Shown: positions 1-5,439 of the stretch, piece after piece | How the letters are laid out: each line of letters opens with the position of its first letter | How positions within the stretch are numbered: position 1 is the first letter of the stretch | IMG/VR virus record: IMGVR_UViG_3300045988_146023 | DNA length: 40,172 nucleotides | Direction: 5' to 3' (one strand) | Source of the DNA: a virus | Notes under the pieces: generated by a model | Databases searched by the model: none | What the model saw: only the letters and a program-made list of their open reading frames with translations | Told to the model about the DNA's origin: nothing | Position numbers and translations under genes: made by a program

Positions 1-99
1 CACAGAGAACGGGCAAAGGGGTTACAGTAAGTTTGCGGAAGCCTACTGTACCCCCTACTATAACATACAGTAGGAGGAAAATGCAATGATAAAACGGAA
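1..99 (+). repeat. Terminal direct repeat, copy 1 (identical to 40074-40172)
   Basis: Base-by-base comparison: cacagagaacgggcaaagg...gataaaacggaa is present at both ends. Confidence 0.97.
22..77. promoter_or_regulatory. TACAGTA boxes and a 9-bp inverted repeat overlapping the integrase SD
   Basis: TACAGTA occurs at 23-29 and 66-72, and inverted at 44-50. CCTACTGTA (42-50) and TACAGTAGG (66-74) form a perfect inverted repeat whose right arm overlaps GGAGG (73-77). Confidence 0.4.
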
Positions 100-1147
100 A
101 GATGGATTGTGGCAGGAGCGAATCTCTCTGCCGGGTATGGCAAAGCCCAAGTATTTCTATGCCAAGACCCAGAAGGAATTGAAGAAAAAGGTTGCTGCAT
201 GGAACCAGGATCAGGCGGCAGGGAAAACCTTTGAAGCCTGCGCCGATTCCTGGGACCGGTGGCATGAAGGGCAGGTGTCCTACAACGGGGCGGAAGCATA
301 TCGAGCCGCGATGAAGCGGACGAAGGAACAATTCAAGGGGCGCAGGATTGACGATATCCGGCCTGATGAAATAGACGCTTACATCCGATATCTGGCGGGG
401 AGGGGCTATGCTCGGCGGACGGTGCAACTCTATCTGGATATGCTGCGGATGATCTGGGACTATTCCATTGTCCAGGGGTGGACTACGTTCAACCCGTGCG
501 GGGCGGTAAAGCTGCCTAGTGGGCTGCCCAGGGGCCGGAGAGAGATGCCCAGCGACGAGCAGATAGAGCGCGTCAAGGCCGGGCTATTTCTCGACTTCGG
601 GTTATTCCCCTATTTCCTCCTGCATACTGGGATGCGTCGAGGGGAACTCCTGGCGCTGCGCTGGGAGGATATTGATCGGGAGCATAAGCTGATAACCGTA
701 AACAAGGCGGTTTATTTTGCTGGGAACACGCCCCAGATTAAAGCGCCGAAAACGGATAGCGGACGGCGGGAGATCGTCCTGCTGGATGCTCTGGCTGCCG
801 TTCTTCCAAAGGGTGGCAAAGGCTATGTGTTCGGCGGGGAGAAACCGCTGACAAAAATGCAGGTGCGGAAACGATGGCAGAGATGGTGCAGGGAGGCAGG
901 GCTGGCGACAGAGGAGGGCGTGGCTATGATCACGCCACACCAGCTGCGACACGCCTTCGCTACCATTCTGTTTGACGCTGGCATTGACGTCAAGGTGGCG
1001 CAAGAGCTGCTGGGACACTCCAGTATACAGGTCACGCGGGACATCTACACCCACATCCGAAAGAGCCGGATGGAGAACACGGCGGAGACGCTGAACAAGT
1101 ATTTATCTGGTGGTGCGTGTAAAAATAATGTAATTGAGCTCGCATGA
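86..1147 (+). CDS. int: Tyrosine recombinase / phage integrase
   Basis: 353 aa. The C-terminal catalytic region HQLRHAFATILFDAGIDVKVAQELLGHSSIQVTRDIYTH fits the R..H-x-x-R..Y pattern. SD GGAGG lies 8 nt upstream, and a tRNA fragment lies immediately downstream. Confidence 0.93.
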   Translation: MIKRKDGLWQERISLPGMAKPKYFYAKTQKELKKKVAAWNQDQAAGKTFEACADSWDRWHEGQVSYNGAEAYRAAMKRTKEQFKGRRIDDIRPDEIDAYIRYLAGRGYARRTVQLYLDMLRMIWDYSIVQGWTTFNPCGAVKLPSGLPRGRREMPSDEQIERVKAGLFLDFGLFPYFLLHTGMRRGELLALRWEDIDREHKLITVNKAVYFAGNTPQIKAPKTDSGRREIVLLDALAAVLPKGGKGYVFGGEKPLTKMQVRKRWQRWCREAGLATEEGVAMITPHQLRHAFATILFDAGIDVKVAQELLGHSSIQVTRDIYTHIRKSRMENTAETLNKYLSGGACKNNVIELA

Positions 1148-1168
1148 CCTGCTACGCAAGAAAACAAT

Positions 1169-1218
1169 TCTGCCTTTTAAGCAGGGTGTCCGGGGTTCGA
1201 ATCCCCGACGGGTCACCA
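1169..1218 (+). other. attP core candidate: 3' portion of a tRNA-Lys(UUU), from anticodon stem-loop to CCA
   Basis: TCTGC-CTTTTAA-GCAGG is an anticodon arm (anticodon TTT). It is followed by GTGTC, the T arm CGGGG-TTCGAAT-CCCCG, and ACGGGTC-A-CCA. The 5' side (1146-1168) has a near-complementary acceptor strand but no D arm, so this is a fragment and not a gene. Confidence 0.75.
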
Positions 1219-1227
1219 GATAGGAAA

Positions 1228-1270
1228 ATCCCTGAGTCCCTTGAGCGCCAAGGGGTTCAGGGATTTTTTC
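1228..1270 (+). terminator. Rho-independent terminator after int and the tRNA fragment
   Basis: A 13-bp stem (1228-1240 with 1252-1264, two G-U pairs) and an 11-nt loop, followed by TTTTTT. Confidence 0.8.
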
Positions 1271-1371
1271 TTGCCATTTTATTGATTGTTTTGGGAGATA
1301 GGAAGGACATAAATCAACATATAAATGCACATTACAGCGTGAAAAAGTGTGTAGTTCGTGTGTAGTAAAAG

Positions 1372-1401
1372 AGCCGCCCCGGGAGCTTATCCGGAGCGGC
1401 T
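1372..1401. terminator. Hairpin terminator downstream of the leftward accessory operon
   Basis: AGCCGC (1372-1377) pairs with GCGGCT (1396-1401), with an inner CCGG/CCGG pairing. The flanks are T/A-rich on both strands. Confidence 0.55.
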
Positions 1402-1405
1402 TTAT

Positions 1406-2167
1406 TTATGGGTTTTCGTCTGTTTTTTCAAGCTCTTCCAAAAACGGCTGAAAGTATTTCTCTTCTGCCCGCTTCCTGGCTTTCGCGGCGTCATCGATGT
1501 TTCTGTAGTGGCCGAGATGGTGGAAAGTTCCCTTGAATTTGATATATGCTTCCCACTTTTTGTCTCTTTTGCTCCAGGACACACCACGCACGCCGCTTGT
1601 ATTGGTGACTGGCGGCTTATCACCAAGGGACGAAGTTCGGGTCCCCTCTATTGTGTCTGAGGGTGTAGGCCTACTCTCTCGGTTTAGGCATCCGCAGGAT
1701 CTTGTATTGCCGCTCTTGAGATACCTTGTGGGGACGTCTATTTCATTCCCACAATCACACCGGCAATGCCAACAAGCGTTTCTTCCTCTCATCTCATCAA
1801 GCAGATAAAGAGCAGTGAGACGGCCAAACCGCTGGCCGGTTAAATCCTCACGCCCATGCTTGCCGCACGTTTGGGTGTTGCCGGATCTGAGATCCTTCGC
1901 AGTTGCAAACACCTCGCGCCCGCAATCGCACAGGCACCGCCACACAATTTTTTTGTTCTTCCGCCGGTCCGTCGGCTCTATTGCAGTCAGCATCCCAAAC
2001 TTTTGACCGGTTATATCTACCTTAGCGCCCACAGTTATTCGCCTCCCCTCGATTTCAATCCACGCTCTCCTTGCGGAGAGCGACACACCCCGATTTTCTC
2101 CGTGCCGCTTGACAACGCGGATGGCCGGGATGGACTTCCCGGCCAGTTCCGTATTCTTTTTATTCAT
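1406..2167 (-). CDS. DNA-binding protein with two Cys-rich repeats and a C-terminal AP2-type domain
   Basis: Repeats are GQKFGMLTAI..WRCLCDCGREV..LRSGNTQTCG and GQRFGRLTAL..WHCRCDCGNEI..LKSGNTRSCGC. The C-terminus GVRGVSWSKRDKKWEAYIKFKGTFHHLGHY..DAAKARKRAE resembles AP2. The start is moved to ATG 2167, which overlaps the upstream stop as ATGAATAA. Confidence 0.7.
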   Translation of the reverse strand: MNKKNTELAGKSIPAIRVVKRHGENRGVSLSARRAWIEIEGRRITVGAKVDITGQKFGMLTAIEPTDRRKNKKIVWRCLCDCGREVFATAKDLRSGNTQTCGKHGREDLTGQRFGRLTALYLLDEMRGRNACWHCRCDCGNEIDVPTRYLKSGNTRSCGCLNRESRPTPSDTIEGTRTSSLGDKPPVTNTSGVRGVSWSKRDKKWEAYIKFKGTFHHLGHYRNIDDAAKARKRAEEKYFQPFLEELEKTDENP

Positions 2168-2339
2168 CTGGATCAGGGGCAAACTGGTCCAGGGTTGCCT
2201 GAAAATCTGGATCCAGTTCCAGGTAGCGCTCAAGGAATTCGGTGTTGGTGCAGGGGGCGAGTTCAGCGTGGACCGCCTCCCGGATGTCATCATTCATCAA
2301 CTCCACGATCTGGTCCCAGTAGTTGTTGTAAGTTTTCAT
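2160..2339 (-). CDS. Hypothetical acidic protein (59 aa)
   Basis: The ORF has the SD AAAAAGGAGGG upstream of ATG 2339 and is translationally coupled to the next gene. Confidence 0.6.
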   Translation of the reverse strand: MKTYNNYWDQIVELMNDDIREAVHAELAPCTNTEFLERYLELDPDFQATLDQFAPDPDE

Positions 2340-2392
2340 TTGGTGGCCCTCCTTTTTAGGATTATAGCATGGTTTCTCTGACTCGGTCAATG

Positions 2393-2563
2393 TCATTCTA
2401 CCTCGTATCCGTTGGCGCCCATAAAATACTCACGGCCCAGGGTCGTTACAAACGCGCTGTCACAGTCTCCGTCTGTTTCGATCTCCATCGTGTAGACTGT
2501 GGCGGCGTGGCCGCCTGCAAAGGCAAGGGCGGCGGTGAGCAATACGGCAATGAATGCTTTCAT
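2393..2563 (-). CDS. Small secreted protein (56 aa) with an N-terminal signal peptide
   Basis: MKAFIAVLLTAALAFAGGHAA is followed by a polar domain. SD GAAGGAGGAG lies upstream of ATG 2563. Confidence 0.6.
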   Translation of the reverse strand: MKAFIAVLLTAALAFAGGHAATVYTMEIETDGDCDSAFVTTLGREYFMGANGYEVE

Positions 2564-2585
2564 GTTTGGCTCCTCCTTCTGGCTC

Positions 2586-2750
2586 TCATCGGGCGGGTAT
2601 AAACTTAATCTCTTTGGCAAAAGCAACGAGCGCGTCTCTTGCTGCCTCGTGTGCCTCTTTGAGCAGTGGGCGGTCCGGGTTGTTGCTCTTTAGCTCGAAG
2701 AGCTCGCATTCTACCTCGGAGATCAGGTCAAGCAGTTCTTTCATTGTCAT
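2586..2750 (-). CDS. Hypothetical protein (54 aa)
   Basis: MTMKELLDLISEVECELFELK... is preceded by SD AAAGGA. It is the real part of the longer 233-aa low-complexity ORF in the track. Confidence 0.5.
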   Translation of the reverse strand: MTMKELLDLISEVECELFELKSNNPDRPLLKEAHEAARDALVAFAKEIKFIPAR

Positions 2751-2765
2751 AGTATTTTTTCCTTT

Positions 2766-2833
2766 CTGCCCTGCCATCGTCAGCACTGGTGGGGCGGTTC
2801 CAGTGGACCCCCGAAGGGGTTTCGGCTGTTGGG
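2766..2833 (-). ncRNA. Type II hammerhead ribozyme (HH-B)
   Basis: On the minus strand: AACAGCC-GAAA-CCCC-UUCG-GGGG-U-C^CACUGG-(10-nt loop)-CCAGUG-CUGACGA-U-GGCAGGGC. Core positions are CUGACGA 2783-2777, GAAA 2823-2820, U16.1 2807 and C17 2806. Loop I GCCC (2795-2792) is complementary to GGGC (2771-2768). Confidence 0.8.
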
Positions 2834-2865
2834 TGAGTCCCTGCTTTTCATGTCCTGCCGCCTCC

Positions 2866-3369
2866 TTACGCTGTAGCGGTTTCGATGTCCTGGGATCCAC
2901 GGGAGCGGAATGCCTGACTGCCGTACTTGGTGCGGATTTCCGCCATGGAGGACTTGCCACGGTACCAGCGGGAACCGGCCTCGGCGTGGTGCCAGTACCA
3001 CTTGGCTTTATTTTTGGACCACTTGCAGCCAGCTGCCTTGAGCTTGTCCTTGTTGGCCTTGGTGTTGCCGCCGATCCAGAGCCAGGACCCGCAAAGCTCG
3101 ATCTCAAGGCCGTCCAGGCGGAGCAGGATGTCCAGGATCTGCCGGAACTCTTCGGCGGTCTCGGTGGTGGTCTTCGTTTTGCCGGTGGTGTCGGCCTGGG
3201 CCTGGGCGTTGTGCTGGCGCTTGAGGATCTCAAAGAGGGCGTCGTGTTCGTTGTTGATCTCCTGCATTGCCTCGGTGCTGCCGCCACAGTCTGGGTGGTA
3301 CTGCATGGCCAGACGGCGATAGGCCTTCTTGAGCTCGTCCAGGGTCTTGATATTCTCGAAGTATTTCAT
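2866..3369 (-). CDS. J-domain (DnaJ-like) protein
   Basis: The N-terminus LDELKKAYRRLAMQYHPDCGG..EAMQEINNEHDALF contains the HPD tripeptide. The C-terminal domain is Trp/Lys-rich (CGSWLWIGGNTKANKDKLKAAGCKWSKNKAKWYWH). SD GAGAGGAG is present. Confidence 0.85.
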   Translation of the reverse strand: MKYFENIKTLDELKKAYRRLAMQYHPDCGGSTEAMQEINNEHDALFEILKRQHNAQAQADTTGKTKTTTETAEEFRQILDILLRLDGLEIELCGSWLWIGGNTKANKDKLKAAGCKWSKNKAKWYWHHAEAGSRWYRGKSSMAEIRTKYGSQAFRSRGSQDIETATA

Positions 3370-3389
3370 GGGGTGTTCTCCTCTCTGTT

Positions 3390-3467
3390 GCGTCGGCCTG
3401 CCTCATCAGCGCCGGGAGGCCGTTCCTCGGCGGACGCCCTGAAGGGCGTTTCGGCTGTTTACCACGC
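3390..3467 (-). ncRNA. Type II hammerhead ribozyme (HH-A)
   Basis: On the minus strand: AACAGCC-GAAA-CGCCC-UUCA-GGGCG-U-C^CGCCG..CGGCG-CUGAUGA-GGCAGGCCG. Core positions are CUGAUGA 3409-3403, GAAA 3452-3449, U16.1 3434 and C17 3433. Loop I CGGCCU (3422-3417) is complementary to AGGCCG (3399-3394). Confidence 0.85.
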
Positions 3468-3684
3468 TACCACCCAGGGAAGCCCGCTTCCGTTCCATCT
3501 GTTGTGGTAGATTGCCGCAGTCTTTATGTCTAGGTATGTAAATTTGCTCTTTGCGCGTTTTCCGCCACAGTAAACGGGTATGCCTTGCTTTTTTAAGTTC
3601 ATTTACCTTTTTCAGCGCGTTGCGCCGATCTTCGTACCATGCGAAATTATGAACCATATCCACGGTAATAGTGTTATGCGCCAT
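3406..3684 (-). CDS. Hypothetical basic protein (92 aa) whose 3' end overlaps HH-A
   Basis: SD AAGGAGGAG lies upstream of ATG 3684 (MAHNTITVDMVHNFAWYEDRR...). The last ~25 codons run through the ribozyme, and the stop codon is the UGA inside CUGAUGA. Confidence 0.55.
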   Translation of the reverse strand: MAHNTITVDMVHNFAWYEDRRNALKKVNELKKARHTRLLWRKTRKEQIYIPRHKDCGNLPQQMERKRASLGGSVVNSRNALQGVRRGTASRR

Positions 3685-3727
3685 TGTATTCTCCTCCTTG
3701 CCCTCGTAACCTCCGGGGCGGGGGTAA

Positions 3728-3868
3728 TTATTTAACTTTTGATTCCTTCCCACAAGGGTTTTTGGGGGAAGATACGGAACAACCATACTTTTTGCACCAA
3801 TCATAAGTTCCGTACTTTGTTTTCCTAGTGGTATTGTAGGGGCAATTTTTGCAACCGCAAGTTTTCAT
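3728..3868 (-). CDS. Small Cys-rich protein (46 aa)
   Basis: MKTCGCKNCPYNTTRKTKYGTYDWCKKYGCSVSSPKNPCGK. SD GGGAGGG lies 4 nt before ATG 3868. It is the first gene of the leftward operon. Confidence 0.55.
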   Translation of the reverse strand: MKTCGCKNCPYNTTRKTKYGTYDWCKKYGCSVSSPKNPCGKESKVK

Positions 3869-3922
3869 TTTTCCCTCCCGGCCTGTGGCCTGTCGTGGTT
3901 GGCTGTCGTTTAGCTTGGCTTT

Positions 3923-3952
3923 ATGGTAGCACGTTACAACGTGCAATGTCAA
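3923..3952 (-). promoter_or_regulatory. Leftward promoter with a palindromic operator in its spacer
   Basis: On the minus strand: TTGACA (3952-3947), an 18-nt spacer, then TACCAT (3928-3923). The spacer contains the perfect palindrome GCACGTT-AC-AACGTGC (3929-3944). Confidence 0.55.
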
Positions 3953-4002
3953 GCCATGATACTGACCAAAAGATGGGGCTGCGTTTTGTGCAAAATATAC
4001 AC

Positions 4003-4031
4003 TTTACAACGTGCTGCGCACTATGTACCAT
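4003..4031 (+). promoter_or_regulatory. Rightward promoter candidate for the RHH gene and late operon, with a related operator
   Basis: TTTACA (4003-4008), 17 nt, then TACCAT (4026-4031). The spacer repeats TTACAACGTGC (4004-4014, also at 3934-3944) and holds the palindrome GTGC-TGC-GCAC (4011-4021). Confidence 0.4.
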
Positions 4032-4056
4032 AGTAATTAGAATTGGAGGTGATCCG

Positions 4057-4308
4057 ATGAACGAGGAACGCAAGGTATCTGCAGCAAAGAGGGCCAGCAA
4101 CGATAAATGGGATGCGGAGCATATGGCATATCAAACGGTTAAGGTTCGGCGGGAGCTGCTGGAGGAGTTCCGCGTTGCCTGCAAGCTGCGAGGGGATCCC
4201 GTTAACGCTGTGCTGCGGAGAGCAATGGAGGACTACGTAGAGCAGGCAAAGACTGCGCCAGGACAGCAGGAAGCACAAGAGCAGGGAGAGGACCAGGGGC
4301 AACCATAA
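4057..4308 (+). CDS. Ribbon-helix-helix (CopG/Arc-like) DNA-binding protein
   Basis: MNEERKVSAAKRASNDKWDAEHMAYQTVKVRRELLEEFRVACKLRGDPVNAVLRRAMEDYVEQ fits a strand-helix-helix pattern. SD GGAGGTG lies 6 nt before ATG 4057. Confidence 0.6.
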   Translation: MNEERKVSAAKRASNDKWDAEHMAYQTVKVRRELLEEFRVACKLRGDPVNAVLRRAMEDYVEQAKTAPGQQEAQEQGEDQGQP

Positions 4309-4329
4309 CGCCCCGCAGAGAGCAACACA

Positions 4330-4374
4330 AGAGGCCTAGAGAGGGGCAGTAAACCCCCTTCCGGGCCTCTTTTC
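4330..4374 (+). terminator. Rho-independent terminator after the RHH gene
   Basis: AGAGGCC (4330-4336) pairs with GGCCTCT (4364-4370), with an inner GGGG/CCCC hairpin, followed by TTTT. Confidence 0.7.
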
Positions 4375-4465
4375 CATCTAAGATATTAGACACATGTCGA
4401 AAAAGATTGAGGAAAATAATTTAAAATAAATTTGAAAAGCCCCTCCTTTCGGAAACCCTGGAATG

Positions 4466-4471
4466 TATAAT
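4466..4471 (+). promoter_or_regulatory. -10 candidate (TATAAT) for the packaging/late operon
   Basis: A perfect TATAAT preceded by TG, in the AT-rich spacer between the terminator and terS. No convincing -35 was seen. Confidence 0.3.
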
Positions 4472-4483
4472 TGATTCATACCC

Positions 4484-4517
4484 TTAGATTGGGAAAAGTC
4501 TAGATTTACTAGATTTC
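4484..4517 (+). repeat. Tandem CTAGATTT repeats just upstream of the terS SD
   Basis: CTAGATTT occurs at 4500-4507 and 4509-4516, with a third degenerate copy TTAGATTG at 4484-4491. Confidence 0.6.
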
Positions 4518-4536
4518 AGGAAGGGAGGTAAGCCAG

Positions 4537-4923
4537 ATGGCACAGACAAGAAAGGTAGAATCCGCTGAAAAGCTGATGAAATATATAGATGATTTCATTA
4601 AATACTGCGAGGAAAACGGTGAAATCCCTTCCAACTATAACCTCTGTAAATTCCTGTCGGTGAGTGCTGCGACACTGAGTAGGTATGAGGCGGGGGATGG
4701 GAATTATAAAGGATACGAAATCCCATTCAAAAACCTGCGGCAATACAGAGAGCACCGGCTGCTGAGTATGCTAGAGGGCGATCCCAAGAGAGCAGCAGCA
4801 GCGATCTTCCAGCTGAAACAGCCATTTAATGGAGGCTATGTGGAGTCCACGCAGCAGGTAGACCAGGGCGCAACCGTTACCCTCAAGATCGAGGGAGTGG
4901 GCGGAGTCGATGCTTTCAAGTAG
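4537..4923 (+). CDS. terS: Terminase small subunit
   Basis: 128 aa. The N-terminal HTH-like region (IDDFIKYCEENGEIPSNYNLCKFLSVSAATLSRY) and AAAAIFQLKQPFNGGY are typical of Firmicutes phage small terminases. It sits at the head of the packaging module. Confidence 0.7.
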   Translation: MAQTRKVESAEKLMKYIDDFIKYCEENGEIPSNYNLCKFLSVSAATLSRYEAGDGNYKGYEIPFKNLRQYREHRLLSMLEGDPKRAAAAIFQLKQPFNGGYVESTQQVDQGATVTLKIEGVGGVDAFK

Positions 4924-5045
4924 CAATTACAGACTGCTTGCTATATAAGCAAGTGCAAGCCCTTGCAGCACAACGGGTTGCGGCACCACTACAGAGATAT
5001 TACAGTATGCGGCGGGCTGGAGCAATCAGGCAGACCGGCCTGCAC

Positions 5046-5288
5046 GGGGGTGGCTGGGTGCAATAAGACCCTCCCGCCCCGGGGGTGGGGGTGGTGCAGC
5101 GCTGGCCGGTTTCGAGGTATACCCCCCTACCCCCCTACCTACCTACCAGGGGGGGTGTGGCGGAAAAAGTGGGGGCTGGCTTCCGGCAGGGGGTGTATAA
5201 GATAACCCCCATCCTCCAGACTTCCCCCCTCCAACATAGCTATCTATGATAACTATACAGGGGGTACCCGGAAAATCAGGGGGTACCC
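5046..5288. repeat. Array of GGGGGT boxes in both orientations, including two 12-bp direct repeats
   Basis: GGGGGT occurs at 5046, 5081, 5087, 5151, 5189, 5260 and 5279. Inverted copies are ACCCCCCT x2 (5121-5136) and ACCCCC (5205-5210). CAGGGGGTACCC occurs at 5258-5269 and 5277-5288. Confidence 0.7.
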
Positions 5289-5321
5289 AGAAGGAATGGG
5301 TCCCCAGGGTGAAATAGAAAT

Positions 5322-5370
5322 CGGGCTGTGTGAGAGGCGCACGAGACGGGTTCAAGTCCCGGAGGCCCGA
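5322..5370 (+). ncRNA. tRNA-like minihelix A (acceptor-like stem plus T arm, no cloverleaf)
   Basis: CGGGCU (5322-5327) pairs with GGCCCG (5364-5369). The T arm is CGGG-UUCAAGU-CCCG (5347-5361). A central hairpin GUGUG/CGCAC spans 5328-5342. There is no CCA. Confidence 0.4.
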
Positions 5371-5439
5371 AGCAGTTCTTGGGTGTTCTACCTCCTTTCG
5401 AGTGGGGGCAAGGGAAGACAGCCTTTGCCTCCCTCAAAT

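Noticed and set aside
1146-1218. Full-length 73-nt tRNA-Lys gene
   Set aside because: The length and acceptor pairing are nearly right, but no D arm can be formed from 1153-1168. It is interpreted as a 3' tRNA fragment (attP), not a functional tRNA.
2554-3510. 318-aa plus-strand ORF and 233-aa minus-strand ORF (2586-3287) overlapping the J-domain gene
   Set aside because: Both are low-complexity (P/S/A/G/R-rich). They conflict with the J-domain ORF, which has an HPD motif and an SD. Only the last 54 codons of the 233-aa frame look real.
5297-5370. Canonical tRNA ending at the 5347-5361 T arm
   Set aside because: A 74-nt window has the right length, but the D arm and a 7-nt anticodon loop with U33 cannot be formed. 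Only a minihelix-type fold fits.
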